Origin: Macrostomum lignano
Lineage: Eukaryota
Direction: 5' to 3'
Length of the DNA stretch: 64,000 bases
Assembly: GCA_002269645.1 (NCBI GenBank)
Contig: NIVC01002507.1
Location: 2,281 to 66,280 of the forward strand
Shown: piece by piece, positions 14,039 through 28,169 of the stretch
How positions within the stretch are numbered: the first letter of the stretch is position 1
How the letters are laid out: every line of letters begins with the position of its first letter
Translations under genes and position numbers: made by a program
The notes under the pieces: model-generated
What the model was told of the DNA's origin: nothing
What the model saw: the letters and a program-made list of their open reading frames with translations, nothing else
The model's database searches: none

Positions 14039-16507
14039 CCGTATGTCGCTCACTTCCGGCATCTAAAAATCGTGGTGAGCGGTGGGCGCAGCATGGAGTT
14101 TCTGAGTCTGCGCCAGCATTTATAGGCAAGACGTGAAGCTGCCGAACAAGGATATTCGTCAATACTTCTTGTACGCTTAATATACGAAATTTCTGATTTT
14201 AGCAATCTGATTTCTGTTTTAGTACCCGGAAGTAGAGACACAATTAACTTGGCTTTTAGTTAACCCCAACCCTCCTACCATGGAATTTTAGATGCAAAAT
14301 CGTGTAGATTTATCTTATTTTATTTTAAACTAAATGTAGCATCTGGTGAGACAGACTCAGCCTTTGCTTTGACTTACCTGAGTAGTATAATTATATTTGA
14401 GTGACTCTAGTGAACCCAGTAGCTATAATACTAGATATACGAGCGTATTACAAAGAAAGTCATCAGGTCCACAAAAATTAAAATAATAAATAACGCTCTC
14501 CATAAAAGTTCCTATCAAAGGCTCTATAAAGGGTGTCTATAAACTTTCCCAACGATGTGGTCTACGTGCCAAAGGCTCCCTAGGAAGTGGGACAGAAGTT
14601 TTATTTTGTCCATGGCCAAACTGTACCCTGAACAGTCGAGGCAGTAAACATAAAGACAACCATTTCAGACTAGTCAGACTTCAAATCCGTCTTTCTGACT
14701 ACTTGGCTGCCTTAAGCGTTGTCAGTTCACCATGGCAGAGGTTCAACCTCCACAAAGTCAAAATGCAAGAATAACCGACTAAACGCGGAGACTCATCATC
14801 CAGGGCCACAAACGAGGAGAATCAATGCACAGTACAAAACAGTATAGCTGTACAGGAGTTTCGCGGGGAGAGGATATACTGTACAGCAGTCATCATCCGC
14901 ACTGTCAATAGAAATATATAAAACACCGCTTCAACACAGTCCTGCATTTGGGGTCAGACTTGGGGAGAGACATGGATGATGCAACCTCCACCCCATCGCT
15001 TGGCGAGAGTTTGTACAGGCCTACCTCTAAGGTATGTGTATTTTATAAGTGATTTCGAATAAACTATTCAGCATATTCAAACCTGTAGTCTCCAAGGGCG
15101 AAAATGTACATACATAATTTTTGGGTATGTTGCGGATATGAGTATAGAGGCTATCGATGTACATATAGACTCCGGCCAGTATTGTTCAAATCTGTCTCTG
15201 CATGTACATTGGAAATATACATATACGATGTGAGCTATACAATTTTAGGCGATGGTGACTCAATTGGCAGTAGGCGACGCTCCCGACGCTGATGGGATTG
15301 TACAGCGCGCACGCGTACACCCCACCTCTGCGCATAACTGTACACATAGTGGGGTTTCGAATTGTACATGTAACCTTGGTGATTCATACGCGCGGGTCGT
15401 CTGGGGAAGACACTGTACATGTAGAAGTAGATTAATGTAGAAGTATGTACAGTGTACATATGCAATTGGGGATAGACATGTACAGATACAATTTGGGATA
15501 GGGATTAATGTACATATATGAGTACATGGATTAATGTACATGTGATTAATGTACATGGATTAATGTACATATACGAGTATATATCGAAGTATTTATATCC
15601 CGCTTAGGATAGCGTTTTCATACACTACTTACTTCATTTTCAGATAGTAGTATAATTTGCGTTTTTGCATCAAATCTGCCTCAAAACCCTGCAGTTTCTG
15701 CACGATACATAGTAACTGAGGTAACTAAATGTGCACGAAACTCAAGTACTCAACTCGCTTTTCATGTGTACTCACCAAGAGAAGTAGCTGAGCTTCTTAC
15801 AGCAGATTTTGAAAGAAATTTTGTCCAATTTTTACTAAGGGAGAACCGTGGAAAACCCATGACTTTACACTGGTGAAGCCACGGCAAATCTATGGCCAGT
15901 CCAAGTGAAACCCACGGTTTTGCCGTGAAATCTTGTTAAGTGTAGTGGAGCAAGTTTCAAGTACAAATGAAAGGCAATTCCATGGCTCTCCCATGGAATC
16001 TCCCATGGAGTGCGATTCAGTCAGTAGAATTGGTTAAATAGCCAATAGGGTTGAATTAGGAGTGTGGGTGTATGCGTGCGTACAGTTGCCGCCCTTCACC
16101 ACACTATTGTACGTAGCATGCCAGGAAAGAGAAGCAGAGGACGCACCCTCGATCTGTATCGTGCATATTCTGCCAGACCAAGCATGTACTGTTCTGTAAT
16201 GTCAGTGCTGTCAGTGCTGTACAAAAAAGGGAAATTCGTTTTACAGAGAACTTTAGAGTGAAATAGATGGTTTTAGGTGGTGAAATATAAAAAAATTATG
16301 CATACAGATCCCACAAATAGTTCGTAAATAATAATATGCCTGCCGTTCAGCTCAAAGCAGTCAACTGCAGGGAATGATTGGAACAAGCATGTGACATTGG
16401 GTCTGGCGGATGTCTCTTGTCGTCTAGGTTAAAAGACTAAAATTTTCTTTAGGGGTTCGCAAGGGTTTTCAAAATGCATTTATGAATTCTTATTTTAGTT
16501 TAGTTCA

Positions 16508-16638
16508 GCTAAAGCCCCTTGGTGCTAAAGCACCTTGCTGCTAAAGCCCCTTGGTGCTAAAGCCCCTTGGTGCTAAAGCCCCTTGGTGCTAAAGCCCCTT
16601 GGTGCTAAAGCCCCTTGGTGCTAAAGCCCCTTGGTGCT
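16508..16638. repeat. 16-bp tandem repeat (GCTAAAGCCCCTTGGT) x ~8
   Basis: Directly visible; the same unit is expanded at 47391-47581. Confidence 0.9.
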
Positions 16639-18087
16639 GACGCCTCATGGTGCTAAGCCCGTTGGTCCTGGCGCCTCTCATTGCAGTCGCCCCTGAAAGA
16701 CACAGCCCCAACAAAAACCATAGCTGCAAACCTGATATGATGAACTCCAAACCAGGTCCGGGAATTCTAGGACTTAACGACAATAAAACATTTCCGTCGA
16801 ATTCTGACTCCCACTGGGTAGAGAGACAGCTGAGCTTCATGCCACTTGTACAAAGAAATGAATCGAGAACATGAACTACATCTGACATGTAGATTTAATA
16901 CTCTGTTTTCTGTTGTCGCATCATTCTAATTAACCCGTACAGAAATCCGACACACGGGACGCCGCTGGCAAATGCAGGTGCTTTTACAATGCAGCGACGT
17001 TCAGCCAACGTCGTTCACTGGTGCAATGCGCCTATTTGTCGGATTCTATGGGAACCGCTCATGGTGGGACGATGTCGACGAAAGTCCACAGCTTTCCGGA
17101 AATTGCTATTATAAGCTAACCTTAGAGGAATGCAATTAACAATAAACAATAGGACAATTATGATATTGTAAATGCGCTCGGTTATGATATTCCAAATAGT
17201 GAAATGCATTCGGACATTGCAAATCAAGTATCCCCCACTTGCCCCGGGCAGTTGTCTATGTTTTTAAGCTTTTAATTTATTTGCACTAGTGCAATAAATT
17301 ACAATATTTATTTCACTTTGCATCGATGCAAATAAATTAACTATAACAGAACTATAACACAACCATAGACAAACAGAATTAGTGAGTGAGACCCAAAGGC
17401 ATCAGTGTGGAAGAGGTTAATTAAAATTAAACGAGCGAACAAATAAATAATCAGTAATGTAGTTAGTAGTTAGTAAGATGCTTCTACTTTTAAGTGTTGG
17501 ATACATATCATATTCTCAACTCATTTAGTTGTCTAGACAACAAAATAAATGGGGAATATTATACATTTATTGCCCTAGCACTGGTATAAATTGGGAATAT
17601 ATACCATTTCTTCTTCCTCCTAATTTTCTTTCTTCTTATTTAACTCTCAGGGATTAATACTTACAGGCAGTTTTTCAATTGCCTACTCATCAAGATTATT
17701 CTTGAAAGCAGCTCTCTGACTACGTAATCACCGATAACTCTTAGATATCAGATTGCTTAATTTTCCAATTATTTCTGCTGGATCCTTCAAGTGACAGGTT
17801 ACTAAATTTTGTTTATTTTACGTAGTACAGTGGTCCTTAGTTACACTTTTATTACAAACATAAATTTTGCAAAATTTTGTGGATACAATGGCTACGAGTA
17901 GATTGGTGCGAAACACTCAGTCTCAATGCGCTCGTTTTTCATTCACTATTTTGTCTCTGTTTCATTCATAATTCTGTCTCTGTTGCTAGCTCTGCTATTG
18001 GCTGATCAAGCAAACATAATAAGCGGGGCAAAGTGCGAACTGAAAGGACATCCGACCACAGTAGCGACGCTTAACGCGCAGCACCCT

Positions 18088-21000
18088 TTACACCAGATGA
18101 TTTTCAGAGTCGGATTGGCAGACCTCCTCAAACCCTCCTCCTTTTTTAACCGGGCTCTGGGTCGGCTTTTGCATAGTTGTCGCTTTTAATTGAAGGCTGA
18201 GCTGTCGTCTCAGAAAAATAAGCGTTAAAGTAGAGAGAAGTGTAGCATTAGCCATAAGTACAACCATAATCAGCCCCATTCCTCCAGTACTGGGACTTGT
18301 CTGTTCTTCTTCTGCAGTCGGCTGGGCAGCCGCAAGCATCCAGCTGAGCACAGGTTGGCTCGTGTCTCTGCATCTGTTCCCGGCCGCATCCGGGAAGCTG
18401 ATCAGAGCCGGAAGCTGCTCAGTGCAGTCCGTAAAGCTCACCTGCCAAAGTACCTCACCATTACCTCCCAGATTAGCAGCCCTTAGCGAGCCGCAGGAGA
18501 CAGATGAGTTCGTAGTCTCGACAGCATTGTACCTGGAATTCAAATGCCAGGAGTTGTGAAGGTATAAACTAATTAGAGAGCCAATTGCTGTGCATGAAAA
18601 TTAACTTTTGTCAATAAGTTAAGAAACTCACAGCTTATCAGCATCCTCGAACTCAGCTATTTTGCAGCCAGCTTCTGCCTCGCAGTTCAGGTAGAAGACC
18701 TTCTTGGTCCTGTGCTCATAGAACAGTCCGACGCGAAGCCTCTGTGCGAGATTCAGCGGCTCCTTGCTGCGAGTGCTCAGGCCGGAGCCGACGCGAGTTC
18801 GCTGGCCTGAAGCCGGTGTTCAAGTGGAGTGAAATTGTGCAAGAGTTAAGCTGTGCTGCCTACAACCCGACCCGAGATACTCGTAAACAGCGATGTTTAG
18901 CAGAGGACACTGTGCATGATAAGCTAGCAACGAAAGCCATTTCTAAGTTATTGCAGGCGTGGGATGAACATCTCTAGTGCGTACTGCTCCTATTATGGTT
19001 TTTGAAATGGTTTAAAAATAACGGCTGTGCGGCTTTGAACTTGTGCATATTGATCGATAAAATATGAAAACTATAGGTGTAGAATTAAAGGGGTACGACA
19101 ATTTTGTTTCAATTTTTTGTTGTGTTGTCTAAATTGTGCTGTCATAGTGGTAGCATGATCCAGCATGCAATATTGCAAAAATATGCTAGTTAGGGCATAA
19201 GACCTTAACGTATAGGATACAAAAGCAGACGTACAAATTGGAAAAAACGTCGCCTTTAAACTTGAAAACTTGCCTTGAGCAAACCGGCTTTAGTGCCCAA
19301 GCGCGCTGCGTCTGTGCGCCCCCCCCCCGCCGCGTGTGTACGTTCTGTTGTGTGTTCTTAGGTGGGCGCCCACCCTTCCGCCGGCGGGGGGTATTTTATT
19401 CCAGCCGCGCTGCTGAGCTGGTAGTGTTTTCGCGCAGTTCTTGTTTTTCTTCTTTTATCCTTATTCTTTTAATCAACTATAATTCTTTTAATTCTTATCC
19501 TTATTCTTTTAATGCTTCCTCTTTCGCCAACATCGCGTCTTCGTGTATTGCTTTGGGGCAACTAAATGGAAAGATGTGGAAATGCGGCTTGCACTAAAAC
19601 ATGCAATGCACGTTATAACTCGGATTTATCAAAAGCCGATGCAGATTTTTTGCATGATAAAAATTTTTTCGTCCTGGCAACGAAAACGAACAGCGATACG
19701 CTCGTACATGGAGCTGCCAAGGGACCTGGCCCGATTAATTTGACTTTTTAAGAGTCTATGTTTTGATCTAGGTAAACTGATAAAAAACGTTTTTTTCGAG
19801 AGGCAAAACTAAAATTTTTAAGCATTTGGTTAAATCTGAAAAGAAAATGGTTCACTCCAGCTTACTCTCTTTGACGAAGTTCTGCAGAGCTGCGGAGCTG
19901 TTGAAGCTGGCGAGCCTCATGACTCCGCTGTCAGCCCTCATCGCAGCCAGCTCAGCAGTCAGGTTCCGACGAACCGATCCAGTGGTGTAGCAGCTGCTCT
20001 CAAAATTAGTCATGCTTCTGCCGCAGAATCCCGGCTCCATCAGGCGAATTTGCAGACCTGGGATATTTGCAGAGCTTCTCCGATTCAGCCGGAATGAGAC
20101 CGTCAGTTAGCTCCTACAGTTTCGTGTAGAGCACAGTGGTTGTGTTTCAATTGAGGAATAGATATAAAAGAATTGGTCCAGCATCGGGCCAGCTCTATCG
20201 TACCCTTTCGTCAGTTGCAGCACGCGCAACATCTCCAGTTTTACGGGATTTGGCTCGCTTGTTGAAGGCGACGAGCAAGTCGCTGGAAATGCATTGGGAT
20301 TTGTATTGGAACGATAAGAATGAAAGCATTTGCCTTTTTTTATCGAGTACCTGCTACCAGTCAGCAGTAGGAGTAAAAAACCACTGACTGCTTGTTCTCG
20401 GTAATGGTTAGAACTTGAGGTCGAAACCAATATCACATGTATAATACCATGTTTAATTGTGCTCAAAGCGCTGCTTACAGTCCGAAACATTCGAGTGCAG
20501 TTCGTATCGCATCGGTTGTTGCTGTGCAGCTGAGTCCACAGATCTTGTCCACCTCCGCTCGCTTGCGTGAGCCTCCGTGTCAAAGCCAGTCAGAACCACA
20601 ACGGCATTGTCAAGATAGTCAGTCAGAATCTTCCATTTGCAGTTGAGGCCTTCCTCAGGCACAGGCTCTCCGTAAGTTTTAGGAATGATTCGATCCTCAA
20701 TGAACTCGATTTTTACGCTGAGCTGGAACTCATTGGTGTTGCCACGCGGATAGCAGTACTGGTTGCCTGCCAGAGTTCTGTGGAGAAGAATAATATTCTT
20801 TTGTTGCTGTGAATTGATAGTTATAAGTTACTGGAGGGCTCACTCAAACGTTGACCCTCTTTAAAGTCTTCCGTTAGAACATTAAATATTTTGTTTCTTG
20901 CCACATTTCCACCTATTTGTGCAGAGATGGATCGCAACGAAAATTAAAGAAATCGATTTTTTGGGTAATTTGAAGGTTATAATCAAACTAAATTGATGTC

Positions 21001-21290
21001 CATCGCTGAATTAAAGCAAAAATTCAATTAAAATGACAGCATCATCCCTGAAAGTACAGACTTTCCCTATAAGCCGCCCAGGTAGGACAGTCCCATAAAG
21101 GACAGAACCATAATCAGTATGACGCATTCCAAGCATTCAACCCACCCCGAGCAAAAACCAGAATCTGCTACAGAAATCCCAGTTTGGTGCAAGAAATTGA
21201 GCATCGCATCACTCACAGTTGAAGTGCAGCAGACAGCAGCAGAAAAGTCGCCAGGCTTCTGCCAATCGTTATCTGCAGATTCAGCCGCAT
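18088..21290 (-). pseudogene. Copy C of the receptor gene; nonsense codon in exon 4
   Basis: Exons 21217-21290, 20479-20777, 20204-20282, 19866-20113, 18632-18806, 18088-18532. TAC(Tyr) has become TAA at 20107-20109; the tail is truncated. Confidence 0.75.
19285..19570. mobile_element. Possible MITE in intron 4 of copy C
   Basis: Segment absent from the homologous intron of copies E and G. Imperfect inverted ends (TTTAGTGCCCAAGC / GCTTTGGGGCAACTAAA) and an internal perfect palindrome GGTGGGCGCCCACC. Confidence 0.35.
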
Positions 21291-23854
21291 GCCGCACTTC
21301 CTGCACCTAAAAATCACGATGAGGGTTGAGCGCAGCATGCTGATAATATGTCAATAATTAGCATTTATAGGTGGACGTGAGATTGCCAACAAGGAAATTC
21401 GAAATGACATCAAACTTTGCAATACGAGCGTACTTTTAGGTGATCTGATTTCTTTTTTCGTATCCGGAAGTAGTGACAATTACCTTTTCTGAACCCAACC
21501 CTGCTAACCAGGAAATTTTGTAAGCGATTCGAGAACTAGAATGGCTGTTCTTTGAACAAAAGCAGGAGATTTTCTGGGAACAGAGAAATATTTTGTTAAA
21601 ATAATGCAGCTAATACCTAAGCAAATACCCTTTCTCTCCTACGTCCTTCCCCAGATAAATATGATTTGGTAAATAGCATTGTTTAGCATAGCCATCAAGT
21701 AGTGCTCAAATTTCTTAAAAACTAACGTGCACGAAACTCAACTCTCTGTCCATGTGTACTCACCAAGAGAAGTTGACCAGCTTCGCGCAGACTTTACAGC
21801 AGAATTTTAATGAGAAAAAGTAGCGTAGAACACATTTGATTGTACAGGCGAAGGCGTAACTGTGGAAAATGGCAACTCCAATTCCAATCCACGGCTATTC
21901 CGCGGATATTCTTTCTTCTATTCTCAGTGAAGCACAAATTTAAGTACAACCCAAAGGCAATTCCATGGCTTTTCCATGGAAATTCAGTCAGTAGAATTGT
22001 TTGAGTAGTGTTGAATTAAAGCAGTGCGAGCCTGTGCGCACTCACATTGTGACCGCTCAGTACGAGGTACGAGCTAGCTAATTAATAGACTACCTGGCCC
22101 TTCAGCTCAAAGCACTCGACTGCAAGGAATAAGATTACGCTCGTACAAGCGTGTAACATTGGGTCTGGCTGATGTCCCTGCTGTCTGAGCCAAAGGATTA
22201 AACGTTTATTTATTTTCTTAATACTACTGTGGTGCACAAACAACATTAATTTCGCCGCTCTTTTTTTGTCTCTGTGGTGAAAAATTTAGCTAAAAGTTTG
22301 GGCCACGTTTCACATTCCCCAGACTTCCAATTTCTTCAGATTCTACAATCCCAAGATTTTAAGTTCCCTAAATTTTTCATTCCCAAAATTTCCCACTCTC
22401 AAGATTCACTTTCTTCTGATTTTACATTCCCCGAGAGTTCACATTCCCCAGATTTCCCATTCCTTGTCTTTCACATTTCTCAGATTTCTCCAGCCTCATG
22501 TATGTATCGCGGGTTTGCACCTAGCCTGGATTGCCTGGATTGCCCAGCAAGATTTTTCAAACTTTATATGCATTTTCCCAGCAGGAGAACACTAATAATT
22601 TGGCTGCGGTCGTGGGGAGTCACTCAGACGGAATTTGTCGCACTCTCGAAAATGCCCGTCGTGCAGGTAAAAGCCTTTGGTTTTCTATTCCTTAAAAACA
22701 TAAATTAATACTCGCAGCTTTTCTTGCCAGCTTGATGCTGCCTTCAGGACATGTACAGTACATAAGTATACAATATTACAATTATGACATGGTAATTTCA
22801 GTCGGTTGGTTATGACATTCCGAATTCGTAAGATCAATGCAGCAGCTACAGCCTTAATTTGAGATGCTTTAGCAACTGCGTCACATCTTAAATGTTTTTA
22901 CTATTACAACGCGGCTCGTATTTATGCAAATAATCAATTTTCCCTACAGAATTTTTACAATCTTACAGCTGCATCATTATTAAATTCCATAATTATTCTT
23001 CTTTCTCATTTTTGTTGTATTTATTTTTATTTAATTTAGGTATTAATTAAAGGAAGTTTTTCGATTGCCTACTTTCTAGATTATTCTTGGAAGTACGACG
23101 TATCTCTCTGACTACCTTAATCATCATTCACTTAGTTATCAGCTTGCATAATTCTTGAATAACTTCATTTCTGCTGGATTCTTAAAGTGACAGGTTAATC
23201 AACATTTTTTATTAAATTTTATTGCTATGTTCATCAATATACGCTCGTAAATTTACACTTTCGTAACAAACGTAAACTTCGCAGATCTGTCACAGATAGA
23301 ATGGCTAGGTTAGTAGGTAAAATGTTAAACAATGGCCAAAATTGTCCATGCGCTCGTTTTTTCACCACTGTTTAATTCAGCTACAAACTAAACAGTCAAC
23401 CCTTATTCCACACATCTTTCGCGTTAGTGCAGTGAAAAAAATCAAAAGATGTGTGGAAGGATAAGGTAAAGCAGTAAATGAATTTTAAACAAATAAAATA
23501 TTTATAGTATTTACAGGGATTACAGCATTTATAGAGCATAATAGTGACAGCATAAGTATACAGTAGTCACTCGCATATAACAGCCAGCGGATTTCTCACT
23601 CAATCCTCGTAGTTCATTCTTAGTAAAGCTTCTAACACTTAGTTAACACCAGCAACAAAAACACAAAATATTGTCTGTTAAATCTTCAAACCAGTAATTT
23701 CCGGATGCGTCCGATGAGGAAGTGAAGCTGGATTTCGAGCAAACAGACTCCACAATTGTTAAAGATTTTGTCTCTTTTGCAAGCGTGGATATTGGCTGAT
23801 CAAACCGAGATGATTGGCGTGACTAAATGAGAGCTGGTAGCCTTTCAAGCTGTT

Positions 23855-26800
23855 TTATGTGCGTGCTGTAGCCTTTGTCAGGGTGATGGGTGTCACTACG
23901 TCCATAATGGGCACATGGGTTGACTTTGTGGAGCATTCAGCTACGACGTCTGAGGCGCGACGAACCAAAGATTTTTGAGAGTCGGATTGGCAGACCTTCT
24001 CAAACCCTCCCCCTTTTTCAACCGGGCTTGAGACCGTTGCTGCTGTATATTGAAGGTACTGCCTTCTTCTCACAAAAAGTCGCGTCGTAGTAAAAATAAA
24101 TGCTAACAGAGTCGTAGCAAAAGCTCCAAGCAGAACCATACCCACCACATTCATCTCTTCAAGACTGGGACTTAGTCTGTTCTTAGACTTAGACTTAGTC
24201 CCTTCAGTCTGTTCTTCTTCCGCAGCCGGCTGGGCAGCCGCAAGCATCCAGCTGAGCACAGGTTGACTTGAGTTTCCGCATCTGTTTCCTGCCGCATCCG
24301 GGAAGCTGATCAGAGCCGGAAGCTGCTCACTGCAGTCCGTGAAGCTCACCAGCCCGAGTACGTCACCATCAATGGTAAGATTGACAGCTCTGAGCGAGCC
24401 GCAGGAGACTGAGGAGTTCTTAGTCTCGACAACATGGTAACTGGAATTCAAGTGTCAGGAGTTTGGATTTGTATGTGACTTGACTAGCAAGCAAGGTTAA
24501 CAAAATTTTGAGACTGCTGATTCTCAAGTCAAGAAACTCACAGCTTATCAGCATCCTCGAACTCAGCCATTTTGCAGCCAGCTTCTGCCCCGCAGTTCAG
24601 GTAGAAGACCTTCTTGGTCCTGTGCTCATAGAACAGTCCGATGCGAAGCCAATGTGCGAGACTCAGCGGCTCCTTGCTGCGGGTGCTCAGGCCGGAGCCG
24701 ACGCGAGTTCGCTGGCCTGGAGACGGTGTTCAAGTGGAGTGAAATTGTGCAACATTTAAAATGTGCTTCCTATCCCAAACCCATGTGCATTTGTGCAAAT
24801 ATGTGCAAAAGCAACCTCTTCACTCAGCTTACTCTCTGTGACGAAGTTCTGCAGAGCCGCGGAGCTGCTGAAGCTGGCCAGCCTCATGACTCCGCTGTCA
24901 GCCCTCATCGCAGCCAGCTCAGCAGTCAGGTTCCGACGAACCGATCCTGTGGTGTAGCAGTTGCTCTCAAAATTTGTAATGTTTCTGCAGCAGAATCCCG
25001 GCTCCATCAGCCGAATTTGTAGACCTGGGATATTCGCTGAGCTTCTCGGATTCAGCCGGAATGAGACAGTCAGGTAGCTCCTACAGTTTTTATGTAGAGT
25101 GCAGTGGTTGAGTTCAATTACAGAATTATTGATTTCAAAGAATTGGTCCAGAATTGGGCCAGCTCTATCGTACCCTTTCGTTAGTTGCAGCACGCGCAAC
25201 ATCTCCAGCTCCACGGGCTTTGGCTCGCTTGTTGAAGGCGACGAGCAAGTCGCTGAAAAGTTCAAGTTCCATTGGGAGTTGACTGCGTTTATCGAGTACC
25301 GGCTAGAAGTCAGTAGTGGGGCATTAAAACAAAATTCTCGCTCACAGTTGCCATTCAACAAGTGCAGACTTCACTACTGCACAAAGCATTTATGAGTAGG
25401 CGTGAAGTTCAATTTTATCATCTCCACTATTTGGTTTTAACTTCCTCAAACTATATAACTTCTGTTTCGCCAGGGGCCGCCTTAGTTATTAACTCTCTTC
25501 GTTTGGCTACCAGACGGCTAATTAGATCTGTATTGAGCCTTTTGTTAGTAATTAACTGAGTGAACACTATTGAACAGCTTTTAGAACAGCAAAAGAGTAA
25601 CTGCATTGTAACTTTTATTAGGAAATAAAAGTTAGAACTGGACAAAATTATTATTTATTCTCTAACTGTGCTTAAAGCGCTGCTTACAGGTTGAAGAAGC
25701 CTTTGAGTGCAGTTCGTATCGCATCGGTTGTTGCTGTGCAGCTGAGTCCACAGCTCTTTTCCACCTCCGCTCGCTTAGGTGAGCCTCCGTGTCAAAGCCA
25801 GTCAGAACCACAACGGAATTGTCAAGATGGTCAGTCAGAATCTTCCATTTGCAGTTGAGCCCTTCCTCAGGCACAGGGTCCGCGTCTGTTTCAGGAATAA
25901 TTCGATCTTCAGTGAACTCAAGGCTGAGCTGGAACTCATTGGTGTTGCCACGCGGATAGCAGTACTGGTTGCCTGCCAGAGCGCTGTGGATAAGAATGGG
26001 CGGGACAGTAGATTTGGTGTGGTAAATTTAGTGTTGAAAGTTAATGCAGACGCACCCTATTTATGATCTTAGGTTAGATAAACGCAAAATATTAAATACT
26101 TAGTTTTGTGGCATTGTGGTGAGTAGCTAAGAGATTTTAGAAATGAAAGAAATGACATCGAAACTTTGGTAAAATTGTTTTTTTTGCTTTTACCCTTAGC
26201 AATCAGTATGATGACCCAATCAGTATGATGACCCAATCAGTATGATGACCCAATCAGTATGATGACCCAATCAGTATGATGACCCAATCAGTATGATGAC
26301 CCAATCAGTATGATGACCCAATCAGTATGATGACCCAATCAGTATGATGACCCAATCAGTATGATGACCCAATCAGTATGATGACCCAATCAGTATGATG
26401 ACCCAATCAGTATGATGACCCAATCAGTATGATGACCCAATCAGTATGATGACCCAATCAGTATGATGACCCAATCAGTATGATGACCCAATCAGTATGA
26501 TGACCCAATCAGTATGATGACCCAATCAGTATGATGACCCAATCAGTATGATGACCCAATCAGTATGATGACCCAATCAGCATGATGACCCAATCAGCAT
26601 GATGACCCAATCAGTATGATGACCCAATCAGTATGATGACCCAATCAGCATGATGACCCAATCAGTATGATGACCCAATCAGTATGATGACCCAATCAGT
26701 ATGATGACCCAATCATTATGATGACCCAATCAGTATGATGACCCAATCAGTATGATGACCCAATCAGTATGATGACCCAATCAGTATGATGACCCAATCA

Positions 26801-28169
26801 GTATGATGACCCAATCAGCATGATGACCCAATCAGCATGATGACCCAATCAGTATGATGACCCAATCAGTATGATGACCCAATCAGCATGATGACCCAAT
26901 CAGTATGATGACCCAATCAGCATGATGACCCAATCAGTATGATGACCCAATCAGTATGATGACCCAATCAGTATGATGACCCAATCAGTATGATGACCCA
27001 ATCAGTATGATGACCAAATCAGTGACGCCCAAATCAGTATGATGACCCAATCAGTATGATGACCCAATCGGTATGATGACCCAATCAGTTACGCCCCAAT
27101 CAGTGACGCCCCAATCAGTGACGCCCCAATCAGTGACGCCCCAATCAGTATGATGACCCAATCAGTATGATGACCCAATCAGTATGATGACCCAATCAGT
27201 ATGATGACCCAATCAGTATGATGACCCAATCAGTATGATGACCCAATCAGTATGATGACCCAATCAGTATGATGACCCAATCAGTATGATGACCCAATCA
27301 GTATGATGACCCAATCAGTATGATGACCCAATCAGTATGATGACCCAATCAGTATGATGACTCAATCAGTATGATGACCCAATCAGTATGATGACCCAAT
27401 CAGTATGATGACCCAATCAGTATGATGACCCAATCAGTATGATGACCCAATCAGTATGATGACCCAATCAGTATGATGACCCAATCAGTATGATGACCCA
27501 ATCAGTATGATGACCCAATCAGTATGATGACCCAATCAGTATGATGACCCAATCAGTATGATGACCCAATCAGTATGATGACCCAATCAGTATGATGACC
27601 CAATCAGTATGATGACCCAATCAGTATGATGACCCAATCAGTATGATGACCCAATCAGTATGATGACCCAATCAGTATGATGACCCAATCAGTATGATGA
27701 CCCAATCAGTATGATGACCCAATCAGTATGATGACCCAATCAGTATGATGACCCAATCAGTATGATGACCCAATCAGTATGATGACCCAATCAGTATGAT
27801 GACCCAATCAGTATGATGACCCAATCAGTATGATGACCCAATCAGTATGATGACCCAATCAGTATGATGACCCAATCAGTATGATGACCCAATCAGTATG
27901 ATGACCCAATCAGTATGATGACCCAATCAGTATGATGACCCAATCAGTATGATGACCCAATCAGTATGATGACCCAATCAGTATGATGACCCAATCAGTA
28001 TGATGACCCAATCAGTATGATTCACCCCAAGCAAAAACCGGATTCCGCAACAGAAATTCCAGCTGGTGCAAGAAATTAAGCGTCGCATCACTCACATTTG
28101 AAATGTGGCAGACAGCAGCAGAAGAGTCGCCAGGCTTCTGCCAATCGCCATCTGCAGATTCAGTCGCAT
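23855..28169 (-). CDS. Copy D, CUB-like/CTLD-like type-I membrane protein, ~485 aa, apparently open
   Basis: join of 28096-28169, 25688-25983, 25174-25252, 24833-25080, 24542-24716, 23855-24440 = 1458 nt. TATA box intact. Intron 1 carries a 1.8-kb minisatellite. Confidence 0.78.
26200..28020. repeat. 17-bp minisatellite (CCAATCAGTATGATGAC) x ~107
   Basis: Near-perfect tandem array with a few variant units (CAGCATG; CAGTGACGCCCC), inside intron 1 of copy D. Confidence 0.97.

Noticed and set aside
14490-15700. Copy-B-specific upstream insertion rich in TGTACA
   Set aside because: No TIR, TSD, tail or credible ORF could be defined, so it is left unclassified.
24756-25361. Treating 24756-25361 and 39269-39775 as single coding exons
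   Set aside because: They read through short introns by chance. The same stretch has stops in other copies, and conserved splice sites with matching phases define exons 3 and 4.
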